A stretch of DNA of 64,000 nt from a virus. A model generated the notes under the pieces. It made no database searches, was not told the DNA's origin, and saw nothing but the letters and a program-made list of their open reading frames with translations. The translations under genes were made by a program, and so were the position numbers. The stretch is taken from the IMG/VR virus record IMGVR_UViG_3300046029_000094; one strand, 5' to 3'. Of the stretch, positions 1-10,571 are shown in pieces. Position 1 is the first letter of the stretch. Each line of letters begins with the position of its first letter.

Positions 1-867
1 ATAGGTGGCGACGGTAGCGAATATTTCTTGGAACAAGCGCTTAATGCCGCTATGAAGCGCTGGAATGACAAACGCGATTACTTCCAGGTGAGTTCGATAG
101 ACGGGCTTTCATACTACCAAAATGGATCGCGGGTAACCAAGGATCAGGATCTTCTGCTGATTGACCTCCACGAAATGGCATCGACTGTCGGGAATGCACT
201 GGAATGGCATGCACTTGAATACACCAGGCGAAATACCAGCATGCGCTATCGTCAGGATGCCGTTCCTCAAGTTACAGCACTGCACGGAAGCATCGACGAT
301 GAAAACTCCCGAAGGAATGTCCGTTCAATTCCAACTTTCCAGCGAGATGAAATCACGCCTTTCAACGTACAACTAGAAACGCTGATCGAAATTTATAATA
401 ACAATCCAACATTCCGCCTATACGGACATAGCGAGCTTCAGCTGCTCGAACGCCTACAAAGTGGCGATGAAACGGTAAGTATTGACAAAGCCGAAGGTTT
501 CTTGCGAAGGGCGATCAATTCTGCCTTTGCTATGACGGACCCCAATGTAAATTACCATCAGATTACCCGCAAATTTGATCGATCTGGCTTCTTTTATCGG
601 ATTGATATGGCAAACATGTGGGACAGTTACGAAGGTCCATCAGGAGGCGGCTTCAGCACCCTTTTAGGTACTGCCATCAAGAAACCGGAAGGACTGCATT
701 GGCAGGCCCTTGAATGGTTTAAACGCAATGACTTCGCGAGTTACAGGAGTGCTATGTCTGGTTGCCCTCGCGAAGAATTCAAGGATAGCTCGCCTGACGT
801 TTCAAATTATCGATATAACCCAGAAGCGGCCAGACAAATGAAAACCAATAGATTCCCATATCTATAA
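1..867 (+). CDS. hypothetical protein, probably 5'-truncated by the window edge
   Basis: Frame is open from base 1 through the TTG at 28 to the stop at 867; no family recognised. Confidence 0.6.
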   Translation: MGGDGSEYFLEQALNAAMKRWNDKRDYFQVSSIDGLSYYQNGSRVTKDQDLLLIDLHEMASTVGNALEWHALEYTRRNTSMRYRQDAVPQVTALHGSIDDENSRRNVRSIPTFQRDEITPFNVQLETLIEIYNNNPTFRLYGHSELQLLERLQSGDETVSIDKAEGFLRRAINSAFAMTDPNVNYHQITRKFDRSGFFYRIDMANMWDSYEGPSGGGFSTLLGTAIKKPEGLHWQALEWFKRNDFASYRSAMSGCPREEFKDSSPDVSNYRYNPEAARQMKTNRFPYL

Positions 868-900
868 TATTGAGAAATTAGCCTGAGAAAGCGTAGAATA

Positions 901-2196
901 ATGACACCAAATTCAGAACAGAAAAAACTCATTGATGATGCCCTCTGGGGGCATAATTTTACAATGGAACAGATCAACAATGGTGAGTATCTCACTGACG
1001 ACAGGATCAGCACTATTGCATTTGATGATGAGAGGGAGCTGAAGGGTGGTTTTGCATCGATGTCAATTTGCAATCTTTTGGAGCCGCTTTCTGCTTTACA
1101 TAAGAAGGCAGAAACTGACGGACTGGTTACTTTAGAAAATGGCGTAACCCTCAAAATTTCGAAACTTACGGAACGCAAAAGCATTTACCCAACTGCATAC
1201 GAACCTCTCTTATCTCTTGATATCTACCTTAATGAAGAAAATGAAAGCACGCCAAGCTATCGCATCAAATACGAGGTCAACGCGTCAAAGCCTGGTTCAA
1301 TGGATTACTTGGCCAACCTATATAGGCTCGATCCGAATAAACCAGATGATGAATATCCAACCATTCTGGGACAGGGTTCATTCATCGAAGTGACCAAGAA
1401 AAAAGATGAAGTTCGTTTATTGTTTAGGGATGCTGGTCGCTCTGTAGTTTATTCAGAATTCGCAGCGGTTATGAACTTGTTGCGACCTGCTTTAAGGGGT
1501 TACGACCTCAGATCAGAGAACACAAATATCGGTCTGTTAAAGAATTTCGACTCTGTCGATGTTCTGAATGCGGATGGTGGCTTACCTGGTCCTTTATCGG
1601 CATATACGCTTGAACATATGCAGAAAGCAGTGGCGAGAAAAATATTGCCATTGCTCGCCAATAAATCAGACAAGGTCTATAAAGCTTTGAATGATAGAGA
1701 CATGACATGGGGCAAAAAGCTGCTGCGATATAACGATCATGATGATCATGTTTTCATCATCCCAACTTTAACCCCACTACAGCGTGCTTATTATCACGAG
1801 AATGTTGCGCTTTGCTCCAATTATTCTGCTCATATAATTATGACCAGCATTAACGATGATGGACTGAACACTGATATTAAAATTTATGCAATTGACCGTG
1901 GTCGAGATTTTCTTCCTGATATCGTACAATCGATAGAAAATGATGATGGCGAATTCTCGCCTATGATCCATTTTGATCTCGCAACGAATTCAATGGCATA
2001 TTTTTCAGATGAATGTCCCGATCTGCTGGATATGGCTGTTTTCGGAAATAACTGTGATCTCGACATTATTGACGAAGGAGAGATTGACAATCAGGCCAAC
2101 CACAGCACCGATTTTGATCGATATTTTGGAAAATACGACGATGATTTCGATGAAGATGACGAACAAGATGACATTCTGGCACCTGCAATCAGGTAG
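901..2196 (+). CDS. hypothetical protein with acidic C-terminal tail (...EDDEQDDILAPAIR)
   Basis: 431-aa ORF; no family recognised. Confidence 0.75.
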   Translation: MTPNSEQKKLIDDALWGHNFTMEQINNGEYLTDDRISTIAFDDERELKGGFASMSICNLLEPLSALHKKAETDGLVTLENGVTLKISKLTERKSIYPTAYEPLLSLDIYLNEENESTPSYRIKYEVNASKPGSMDYLANLYRLDPNKPDDEYPTILGQGSFIEVTKKKDEVRLLFRDAGRSVVYSEFAAVMNLLRPALRGYDLRSENTNIGLLKNFDSVDVLNADGGLPGPLSAYTLEHMQKAVARKILPLLANKSDKVYKALNDRDMTWGKKLLRYNDHDDHVFIIPTLTPLQRAYYHENVALCSNYSAHIIMTSINDDGLNTDIKIYAIDRGRDFLPDIVQSIENDDGEFSPMIHFDLATNSMAYFSDECPDLLDMAVFGNNCDLDIIDEGEIDNQANHSTDFDRYFGKYDDDFDEDDEQDDILAPAIR

Positions 2197-2243
2197 GTAT
2201 TTTTACGGATAATTCTCCCGCCTGAAAACTCATGCCAATTGAA

Positions 2244-2281
2244 AAAGGAATGGCTCGGAAATTATTCAGAGCCATTCCTTT
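2244..2281. terminator. bidirectional intrinsic terminator
   Basis: AAAGGAATGGCTC-loop-GAGCCATTCCTTT hairpin between convergent genes. Confidence 0.7.
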
Positions 2282-2322
2282 AACATATTACATTGATGAG
2301 CGTCTACGTTTTAGGGCTGACA

Positions 2323-5300
2323 CTAGAACTTCACATTCAAGCTAGCATTGAAGCCATTCTGCGTAGTTCCGTTGCCATACTGCCCAACGTAACTCACACC
2401 AAATGTCGAGGCTTCAGTGATTGCCATATCGAACCCAACCTCTACGAGAGCGGCGTCCTTGGCAATCGGGGTTCCTTCCACTGTAAAGGCACTTCCTCCT
2501 GCAAAGAACTGTGAGGATTCCGGCGTGATATCACCATAGGCGTGACGCCAGCCGAGAGTTCCCTTCAAGTTAGCCTTGGTTGCTCCGAACTGAAAAGGGG
2601 CCGAGGCGCGCAATCCGAGTGTTGTGAATGTTGTGCTAGTCGTTTCGCTATCGACAGACAGAGCTGCCGCTCCACCTTGTTCAGTGAAACCATCGGTGTG
2701 CAAACGAACGTGCGAGAGGTTGGCAAATGGCTCGAACGCAGCCACAGATGTATCAATGCGATATCCCAACTCACCGAAGGCCTGGAAGGTACGGGCATCG
2801 TAATCAGCAGCAAGGCTGTCGCTGAAGCCTGAGTAGGAAACAGATCGCGAAGAGTCGATGCTGTGCCAAGTATGGACGAGACCTGCACGCAGTCCAATTG
2901 GCCCCCACTGGTTACCGCCATAGATGCCCAGATGCCAATTGTCGCTCGTTGCCGAAGCATAACGTCCCTTGGCATCGAGATCGGTCTGGCTGTAACCACC
3001 GACAACGCCGAGACGCCATCCAGAGGCAAATCCTACATCTACGCCGGACAAGAAGCCGCCAGTTGAAGTTTTCAGGCCACCTGCATTCGAGTTGCCGTCG
3101 TGATCAACCCAAGAACCGAAACCTGAGGCCCAGACGCCGTAATCATATGAAGCAGGCGCAACGGCTTCGAACGGTTGCGGTGCACTGCCTTTCGGTGACT
3201 GAGCGAACGACAGGACAGGGGCGTCCTTCGCAGCCACGCCTTCGAAGGCAGAACGTAAGCGATTGTTGATCGCATCCGCAGTCAAATTTGCTGTATCGAT
3301 CAGGCCTGTCTTTACCGATGCATGCGTATCGCCTGACAGTTGGTTAAAGGCTTCCCGTGCTTCGTCTTCATTCGTCAGGAAGAGAACCGAGTTATACAGT
3401 TCTAGCGACGATCCGCTCTGTTCCAGGCCATCCAATGCGCGAGCAGTTGCCACTTGATTGGTTGTCTGTGCAACCTTCTCGAAGACAACAGGCGGGGTTT
3501 CCGGATCAACTGGGTCAATTGGGTCTGCAACCAGACCAACGGTCAAATCCACTTGGTTTGCCTGATAGCCAAGGGATGTTGTCAGGAAAACAGATTTGGA
3601 TACAGCTTCATCGAACTGGCCATCAACGCCTCCGCCTGCGGTCAGGATCGTATAAGTCTGGCCGTCCTGATAGCTGACCTTAGTATCCAATGCATATACG
3701 TCAACACGGCCACCATTCAGGATTGCCTTGCCTGCGGCGTCGATACGGTCACTGGTCCCATCGCCTGCAACTTCAACCTCGTAAACGGAGCCAGCACCAA
3801 ATGTAACGTCCCCTGCGACGGTCATTGTGCCAATGGAATTCCCAGGTCGTAGCGTTCCATTGGCGGTCAGATTACCACCAATGTTCCAATTTCCACCCAT
3901 AAAGGACGTCTGATCAACAGCAACGCTTCCGCCAACAATAATTGGCGCTCCGATAGCACCACCGCGCGTAACGGAACCGTTGTTCAATTCAACATCGCCG
4001 CCAATTGTCGCTCCGGTTGCATGGAAAGTCAGCTGAGTTCCCGTGCCTACGACGTTTCCTTCTATTTCTGTCCCTTCAGCAAACGAAAGTTGTGTACCTG
4101 CTTCTGTGTTCAGATTGGTAATGCCGGAAATTTTTCCATTGAATTTGGCATTCTCTTCAATCTTAACGTGGGTAGCTCCCGATCCTTTTTCGTCAAGATC
4201 CACAATGTCGCCGCTGGATTCTGAACCTGCCTTCAACGTCAGGTTCATCACACCGTCTTCGCCTTCGCCCGTACGGTTAACCTGGACCAACACACCGTTG
4301 TTCGCTGTTGCGACTGTTCCAGCGCCAAACGAAACGTTTGCGATGTCGTCAGAAGCAGAGAGGCCGACAAGGATCGATGGACCCTGAACACTCTTAAGAA
4401 CGGTGCCATCAACGGCAATAGTGCCGCTTCCATTAATCTCCAAAGCCGCAGCGTCAAGACCATTCGCAGTGACCGAACCACCTGTGAAATTTACCGCACC
4501 GCCATCTTTGACGAAAACACCAGAAGCGAATTTTCCGTTTGTGACAACATTGGTGTTCGTTGCGTTGATAACGCCCGCGTCAGCACCTCTGTCATTGTTG
4601 GCAATCAATCCATAGCCATCTGCGCCAGTCGTGACGATTTCAGAGTCGGCAAGATCGATTGTGGAATATGACTCGGCAAATGCACCAAAACCATTCACGC
4701 CAGAAGTCGAAACTGAAACAGTTCCGGCAATCTTACCGCCGTCAATTGCATGAAGACCAAAGGCATCGTTGCCGGATGTGACAACATTGGAACCCTCGTT
4801 CAACGTTATGACTGAATGATCTGTGCCGTCCGCAGTATTTCCGTTAGCACCAGCTTGAACGCCATGCGCCTTCGATCCTGATGTAGTAACCTGACTACTA
4901 GAAGTCAGCGTAGAATTCTTGGCTGCTAACAGACCGAACGAGCGATCTCCGCTTGTATCTATGTTGCCGCCATTTAACTCGATATCGCCACCATTATCAG
5001 CGAATGCGCCATACGCCCAATCGCCAATAGTCACGATTTCTGTGTCAGTGGTTACGATTTTTCCGCCCTGCGAATTGCGGTCGTTGTTCGCAACGAGGGC
5101 ATGACCACTCACGCCTGTCGTGGAAATCCTGCCACCAGTCTGACTGATTTCAGAGAAAGACTCAGCGAACGCGCCAAAGCCGTTCTTTCCAGCTGTATTA
5201 ATGTCAGCCGAGCTGTTGATAATGCCGCCGTCAATGGCATGCATACCAAAAGCATCGCTTCCTTTTGTGGTAACCGATGCACCTTCGGTCAGTGTTATCA

Positions 5301-6177
5301 CCGATTTATCTGAGCCATCAGCAGTGCTGCCGTTAGCGCCAGCTTGTACACCATGCGCTTTGGCACCATTTGTTGTAACCGCTGCACTTGATGTCACAAT
5401 CGAATTCTTAGACGCCAGAATGCCGAATGCGCGAGCGCCCATTGTAGTGATCGTGCCAGCATTCAGTTCAATATCGCCACCATTGTCAGCGAATGCACCA
5501 TGTGCCCAATCACCTGAGGTTTCGATAGTTGTATCAGTTGCTACGATTTTGCCACCAACTGCATTGCGATCATTGTTTGCGATCAGTGCGTGACCATTCT
5601 GGCCAGTGGTTATGATAGAGCCGCCCGTCTGGTTTATTTTTGAATAGGACTCTGCGAACGCACCAAAGCCGTTCTTTCCGCTTGTAGATATGTCGGCTGA
5701 GCTGTTGATCGTACCGCCATCAATCGCGTGAAGTGCGAACGCATCAGCACCTGCTGTCTTCACGACAATCCGTTCGCCTATTGTAAGTACAGATTGGTCC
5801 GAACCGTCTGCGTTCCCGCCCTTAGCTCCAACTTGAGCGCCATGAGCTTTGTCCCCACTGGTTTCAATAAGTAATGAACCTGAGTTAAAAACATTGAGAG
5901 AAAGCGTGGAGGGGCTTGTTGGGCTTTTCGAAACCAACACTCCCCATGCTCTCTTACCTGGCCCAGAGGTTGACGCTTGGATTGAGTACTCTGAACCAAA
6001 TGAGTACCCTCCATTAGACCCGTTTGAAACAGATAGCGCGGCCTTATCTACAGCAGAGTAAATAGGAAATGGCTCAGCGTTGGAATAAAGGACGCTTCCG
6101 CTCAATAACGCGACGGCAGTGGACGCGAGCGTTAAAGACTTATTCTTCGTGGTGATCTTCATCTTAACCCCAAGCAA
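2323..6177 (-). CDS. type Va autotransporter (AIDA-like beta-helix passenger plus C-terminal beta-barrel)
   Basis: Signal peptide (likely start ATG 6162); G/T/A-rich passenger repeats; PGNSIGT linker motif; Pro-rich linker DPIDPVDPETPP; barrel motifs (VWASGFGSW, GVDVG, FQAFGELGY) and terminal aromatic ...LNVKF. Confidence 0.93.
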   Translation of the reverse strand: MLGVKMKITTKNKSLTLASTAVALLSGSVLYSNAEPFPIYSAVDKAALSVSNGSNGGYSFGSEYSIQASTSGPGKRAWGVLVSKSPTSPSTLSLNVFNSGSLLIETSGDKAHGAQVGAKGGNADGSDQSVLTIGERIVVKTAGADAFALHAIDGGTINSSADISTSGKNGFGAFAESYSKINQTGGSIITTGQNGHALIANNDRNAVGGKIVATDTTIETSGDWAHGAFADNGGDIELNAGTITTMGARAFGILASKNSIVTSSAAVTTNGAKAHGVQAGANGSTADGSDKSVITLTEGASVTTKGSDAFGMHAIDGGIINSSADINTAGKNGFGAFAESFSEISQTGGRISTTGVSGHALVANNDRNSQGGKIVTTDTEIVTIGDWAYGAFADNGGDIELNGGNIDTSGDRSFGLLAAKNSTLTSSSQVTTSGSKAHGVQAGANGNTADGTDHSVITLNEGSNVVTSGNDAFGLHAIDGGKIAGTVSVSTSGVNGFGAFAESYSTIDLADSEIVTTGADGYGLIANNDRGADAGVINATNTNVVTNGKFASGVFVKDGGAVNFTGGSVTANGLDAAALEINGSGTIAVDGTVLKSVQGPSILVGLSASDDIANVSFGAGTVATANNGVLVQVNRTGEGEDGVMNLTLKAGSESSGDIVDLDEKGSGATHVKIEENAKFNGKISGITNLNTEAGTQLSFAEGTEIEGNVVGTGTQLTFHATGATIGGDVELNNGSVTRGGAIGAPIIVGGSVAVDQTSFMGGNWNIGGNLTANGTLRPGNSIGTMTVAGDVTFGAGSVYEVEVAGDGTSDRIDAAGKAILNGGRVDVYALDTKVSYQDGQTYTILTAGGGVDGQFDEAVSKSVFLTTSLGYQANQVDLTVGLVADPIDPVDPETPPVVFEKVAQTTNQVATARALDGLEQSGSSLELYNSVLFLTNEDEAREAFNQLSGDTHASVKTGLIDTANLTADAINNRLRSAFEGVAAKDAPVLSFAQSPKGSAPQPFEAVAPASYDYGVWASGFGSWVDHDGNSNAGGLKTSTGGFLSGVDVGFASGWRLGVVGGYSQTDLDAKGRYASATSDNWHLGIYGGNQWGPIGLRAGLVHTWHSIDSSRSVSYSGFSDSLAADYDARTFQAFGELGYRIDTSVAAFEPFANLSHVRLHTDGFTEQGGAAALSVDSETTSTTFTTLGLRASAPFQFGATKANLKGTLGWRHAYGDITPESSQFFAGGSAFTVEGTPIAKDAALVEVGFDMAITEASTFGVSYVGQYGNGTTQNGFNASLNVKF
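4426..5856 (-). repeat. about 2.9 tandem copies of a 163-aa (489-bp) unit in the autotransporter passenger
   Basis: G[DAS]KAHG, HAIDGG, NGFGAFAES and ANNDR recur at exactly 163-aa spacing. Confidence 0.85.
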
Positions 6178-6412
6178 AATCTATTACCTGAGAGTTACTA
6201 ACATAAGACATAAACAAGCAGCGCCAAGGTTCACAATAAACCCCAGTGTAAAAATATCTACTTGGTCTGATTACGCCCCACGCCACTAAACTCCCAATAC
6301 CCGGAGACACGCATAACCGGTACAAAACGATTCTGCAACCTGTGAGGGCACGATATGCGGCGGCCGCGTTAATTCGTTGCACAATTGCAACAAATATGAG
6401 GATGAGGCGAAC

Positions 6413-6760
6413 TTATTGCGACCTAGCTATAAGAGCCAGACCATCTTCAGTTGGTTCAAACATTCGCTTCGTGGATTCATAATCCGATGGTTTCATTGCG
6501 TCTTCAGGCAACAGACCTCTCGGAATAAAGCAGTCCTTCTCGTCGTTGCGCAAAACTAGTCCTTCGGCATCGTTTCGCTTTGCGTGATAACCTTCAAAAT
6601 GTTCGTTAGCCACGATCCAATTCAAAGCCTCGGCTGCAGTCTTGGGATAAAAGCTTTCCATAGTCATGTATTTTTCTCTCACTCTTTTTGGGGCATTTTT
6701 AAATTCGCCGAAGTCCTCCAGGTAGTTGCCACTCTTCGACACCACCAAGAATAAATGCAT
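6413..6760 (-). CDS. hypothetical protein
   Basis: 115-aa ORF; start uncertain because it overlaps the upstream ORF. Confidence 0.5.
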   Translation of the reverse strand: MHLFLVVSKSGNYLEDFGEFKNAPKRVREKYMTMESFYPKTAAEALNWIVANEHFEGYHAKRNDAEGLVLRNDEKDCFIPRGLLPEDAMKPSDYESTKRMFEPTEDGLALIARSQ

Positions 6761-7250
6761 CAGGATGCTTTGATTTAATTTCTAATATTGCATCAATTGG
6801 ATTTGGAATAAGGGCACAAAATACGTTTTGATTATTCCAGCCAATTTCTGGCCCTTCCCACAATTCTGATATAGCAACGGAATTTCGTATTCCATTCAAT
6901 TCAAACTCTAGATCAAACACTAGGCTATCACCGAACACGTCCCACGCCTTTGGGAAACGAGGGAGCTCATTTAATTCCTCGTCGGCGTCCGTACCTGGGC
7001 GTGGCCTGGAAAATCCATGTCGGCCTTCCGATTTGGTCCAACCTTCAGGTGATTTATCACTGAAAAAAAGACCAGTCCCATTTGGTGCCATCGCGTATGC
7101 GCCATATTTGATCTGAAACGCCTGCCACTTCTCTTGTGCATGCTGATGAATCTTTCGAAACTTGGATGCTTCTGATAAATAAGGTTCCGCCTCAATAATG
7201 ACGTTCATAGTGTGATTTAGATGCATGAATTCCTCCATGATGCACCTCAA
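6699..7250 (-). CDS. hypothetical protein
   Basis: 183-aa ORF with protein-like composition. Confidence 0.65.
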   Translation of the reverse strand: MRCIMEEFMHLNHTMNVIIEAEPYLSEASKFRKIHQHAQEKWQAFQIKYGAYAMAPNGTGLFFSDKSPEGWTKSEGRHGFSRPRPGTDADEELNELPRFPKAWDVFGDSLVFDLEFELNGIRNSVAISELWEGPEIGWNNQNVFCALIPNPIDAILEIKSKHPDAFILGGVEEWQLPGGLRRI

Positions 7251-7366
7251 TGATAGCTATGATAAAATAATTTAAAAGTCGCAATTTAGTTATTTACCGT
7301 AATTAAACACCTTGAATTATTTTCGCCATTCAATACGATATTAATAATATAAAAAGGAGCCTTCCA

Positions 7367-7642
7367 TTGTCCGATATTAAAGTCACATGCGTATGCTGTA
7401 AAACTGAATATCCAGCCCTTTGGGACGACAGACCCGAAGCGGAACAGGCGTATGAATGCGCGGCCACTATTTTTGGCGATAAACTCGTAGGGCATTACGG
7501 TAGTGTTGTTGCAGACATGCAGCTCCATATCTTCAAGGGAGGAAGGCCAGATCATATCCCTGAAGGTACCGTTTGTGACAAATGCATTCTTAAATTTCAG
7601 GCAGATGGCATCCTTGAATTCCAACGTGACGGAGTCTGGTAA
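7367..7642 (+). CDS. small hypothetical protein with CxxC motifs (possible zinc ribbon)
   Basis: AAGGAG RBS; CVCC and CDKC motifs. Confidence 0.6.
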   Translation: MSDIKVTCVCCKTEYPALWDDRPEAEQAYECAATIFGDKLVGHYGSVVADMQLHIFKGGRPDHIPEGTVCDKCILKFQADGILEFQRDGVW

Positions 7643-7668
7643 ATCCAACACAAACAAAGGATGCTAAT

Positions 7669-8463
7669 ATGAAAATTCGAAGCGCATTATATCAAGAACT
7701 ATTTGCCGCAATATTTAATCCTTCAATCTCTCAAGGAGAGCAGGGGGATCGCACCCTGACAGAATGGCAAGCTGATTCAGTCGTTGCTTCTCTTCATAAA
7801 TTTTACCCTCATATTGAGCAGGTATATGCTGGGCATCTGGATATATTGCATTCCGATCCAACAACATATTCTGTCGCGGATGACATTAAACGTCTTGCAG
7901 AACTGATTACTAGTCAGGACAGTCTCGAAGAAATTGATCAGGACCAGCTCGCTACAACTCTCACCGAGATTGGCCATCAAGTATCAAGAGAACTCTCGCA
8001 TCGTGATGCACTGCTAGATACCGCAATTCGAGTTCAGGGAGCGGTCATTCAACTTCTGAATTCGAATGATGTCTTTATCGGAACCCATTGGATTAAAGAC
8101 ATTCAAGCAGAAAGCAGACTTGGTCAGCCAGCACTTTTTGCGCATGTTTGGTCATATACTGCGGATACAGAAGAAATCCCTGCAGAAAAACTATTATTTA
8201 TTGCCGATCTTTTACGTCGGTTTGGACCTCATGCAATCCAGGCTTGGGTTTGCCACGTTCGCGGCTGGAACAAGCCGATGAAAGGCGATCTAAGTATTGA
8301 AGGCATTGCAGCTCTGAAATATCTAAACAGCCTCGAACATGAAGCTCACTCATTTTATCGTGAGAATGCCTTCAGCGATAATTCATCTGAAAATATCAGT
8401 AAAAGCGCAGATGAAGAAACCACTGTGATCAGTTCAGATACTGATACTAACATCAGCGAATAA
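7669..8463 (+). CDS. hypothetical protein
   Basis: 264-aa ORF in a co-oriented run with AAGGA RBS. Confidence 0.7.
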   Translation: MKIRSALYQELFAAIFNPSISQGEQGDRTLTEWQADSVVASLHKFYPHIEQVYAGHLDILHSDPTTYSVADDIKRLAELITSQDSLEEIDQDQLATTLTEIGHQVSRELSHRDALLDTAIRVQGAVIQLLNSNDVFIGTHWIKDIQAESRLGQPALFAHVWSYTADTEEIPAEKLLFIADLLRRFGPHAIQAWVCHVRGWNKPMKGDLSIEGIAALKYLNSLEHEAHSFYRENAFSDNSSENISKSADEETTVISSDTDTNISE

Positions 8464-8492
8464 TTTCATAATTTTTATCAGGAATTTTTAAA

Positions 8493-9353
8493 ATGGAAAA
8501 TATTGACGCCATTGATATTATAGAGCGTGAACACGAACGCGATTTGATTAAACCAATTAGGTTCGTAATTTTCGTCAGCTATGGAAATGATAGTATTGCT
8601 CTCATTCAATGGGCCTACGAAAACCAGATTGAAGGCGTTGCTGTCGTATTTACTGACACTGGCTGGATGGCCGACGGCTGGGAAGAACGCGTCGAGAAGG
8701 GTGAAGAGTGGGTTCGTTCCCTTGGCTTCACGCCGTACAGGACTTCGAGCATTGGTTTCAGGCAGCTTGCAAGAGATAAAAAGGGCTTTCCTACACAACG
8801 ATACCAATGGTGTTCTTACATTCTAAAGATCGAACCAGGTCAGCGATGGCTTGAGGAATTTGACCCTGATTGTCGTGCGATCTGCTTGGTTGGTGTCAGA
8901 CGAGAAGAAAGTCAGGATCGCGCTGAATTTCCTGAATGGATTATCAAATCAATGAACCACGGCGGTCGTATGATGGTCGCTCCCTTTGCCACATATTCAG
9001 AAGACGCACGCAATTCCCTCATTGAGCGCGCTGGATGGGAAGTTCTACCGCATCGTTCACGTGAGTGCCGATGCATTAATTCTAATCGCAAAGACATGCA
9101 GCGCTTTACTGATAGCGACTGGCAGGCAGTGAAAGAAATCGAACAGGAAGTCGGCAAGACAATGTTCCGACCTCAACGTCATATGGGCGCTGCAGGTGCT
9201 GACGAAGTTCGCAAATGGGCGAATAGCGGTCGAGGAAAATATAAGGCACCAGTTCCAATGCCTGATGCCGTTGATCTTGAAGATGCACCGGATGAAGAAG
9301 ATATGCTCGGGAACTCAGGCAAGTGCGACACCTTTGGTGGATGTGGCCGATAA
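8493..9353 (+). CDS. phosphoadenosine phosphosulfate (PAPS) reductase family protein (PP-loop adenine nucleotide alpha hydrolase)
   Basis: FVSYGNDS PP-loop, TDTGW, WC...LK, GVRREES..RA, Cys-containing C-terminal part. Confidence 0.85.
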   Translation: MENIDAIDIIEREHERDLIKPIRFVIFVSYGNDSIALIQWAYENQIEGVAVVFTDTGWMADGWEERVEKGEEWVRSLGFTPYRTSSIGFRQLARDKKGFPTQRYQWCSYILKIEPGQRWLEEFDPDCRAICLVGVRREESQDRAEFPEWIIKSMNHGGRMMVAPFATYSEDARNSLIERAGWEVLPHRSRECRCINSNRKDMQRFTDSDWQAVKEIEQEVGKTMFRPQRHMGAAGADEVRKWANSGRGKYKAPVPMPDAVDLEDAPDEEDMLGNSGKCDTFGGCGR

Positions 9354-9367
9354 GTACGACACTATGT

Positions 9368-9403
9368 AAGAATGCACCTGTATTTTCATACAGGTGCATT
9401 CTT
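9368..9403. terminator. bidirectional intrinsic terminator
   Basis: AAGAATGCACCTGTAT-TTTC-ATACAGGTGCATTCTT perfect 16-bp stem followed by a T run. Confidence 0.8.
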
Positions 9404-9427
9404 TTTCTCAATGACTGACGTCAACAG

Positions 9428-9775
9428 CTAGATGTCTACGCCAAGATCAGCCCAACTCTTTACGACCTTTTCGACTTCGAGAGGAGACGGAATTTTTTCA
9501 TAAAAAGTAATTGCTTGTTTGAGTGTCAAAGGCTCTGTGACCATAGTCCAATGATATTCACCTTCTTCAGAATTCGAATATCGGCCAACCACCCATTCAG
9601 TCAAACTTGGGTCTGCATCGACGCTCGAACCTGAAGTATCTGTGATAAGAAAATAATCATCACCGACATCTTTGCGAAGCGCCTCAGTGCCGCCACCCGT
9701 GAAGCTGATATTAAATCCCGCCTGAAAGGCAGCAGACAAATTCTTTTTAATCGACTGCGACATAATTTTCTCCAT
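9428..9775 (-). CDS. hypothetical protein
   Basis: 115-aa ORF; probable start at the second Met after GGAG. Confidence 0.65.
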   Translation of the reverse strand: MEKIMSQSIKKNLSAAFQAGFNISFTGGGTEALRKDVGDDYFLITDTSGSSVDADPSLTEWVVGRYSNSEEGEYHWTMVTEPLTLKQAITFYEKIPSPLEVEKVVKSWADLGVDI

Positions 9776-9991
9776 CTCTAAACGGTTTACATATCATTAT
9801 CTGACCAAAATTCAAGATAATTAATTTTCCCAATAATTTGCCGTATTTATAAAAAATAGTTACACACGATCAATAAGGCCCCTTTAACAAGGAATAATCA
9901 TTGGGGTGCGCCATTAGGAAGACAAATAAATGCCTTAAAGTTTATTTTGAACGTGCATTAAATCCTAAAAGCGGCTAATCCTTTACAAAGA

Positions 9992-10531
9992 ATGGAGAGA
10001 AAAATGCGCCTATTTTTTGAAGGACATAATTGTTGGCTTGAGCGTAGATCTTTTGGAAATAATCTGTCCGAGGGCCAGATCAAGGAATTTATTATTGCTG
10101 AAATTTTGAATTACAGTAATCACATTCGAAATGTCGCTGCGGCACAAGGAGACGCTCATTGTTTCTATTTTCCCGAATTCGCTTCGGCCGAAGGTTCCAA
10201 TATCGTTCGCACTTTTGGTGAAACGGAAGATTTTGTTCGTTCTCAATCAGACAGCTGGCGGACGATCAATTCATATCATCGTGTAAGATATTCCCTGGGT
10301 CATGACAATTGCTGCGGATATTGCGGCGGCACTGGTATCAATCCAGCCTTGATTATGTCGCACTGTGCCTATTGTGATGGAACAAAGGTTCAATTAAGAC
10401 ACGCCATTCCTGAAAACTTTATGTGCAAACCCATTGAAGAACACTCTCATGACAAGAAAAAATATGGAAAATGGGTTGAACACTATAACAGTCTTAGAAA
10501 TGCACTGGATGAATGCAGCGTTATTGATTAA
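9992..10531 (+). CDS. hypothetical protein with CxxCxGxG zinc-finger-like motifs
   Basis: CGYCGGTG and CAYCDGT motifs. Confidence 0.65.
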   Translation: MERKMRLFFEGHNCWLERRSFGNNLSEGQIKEFIIAEILNYSNHIRNVAAAQGDAHCFYFPEFASAEGSNIVRTFGETEDFVRSQSDSWRTINSYHRVRYSLGHDNCCGYCGGTGINPALIMSHCAYCDGTKVQLRHAIPENFMCKPIEEHSHDKKKYGKWVEHYNSLRNALDECSVID

Positions 10532-10571
10532 AAATGCGTGTGTTGCACTAATTAAATAGATTTTTCTTTAA

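Noticed and set aside
8493..9353. PAPS-reductase protein as the CysH of a type IV-B CRISPR system
   Set aside because: No csf genes recognised nearby, and it is 36 kb from the array.
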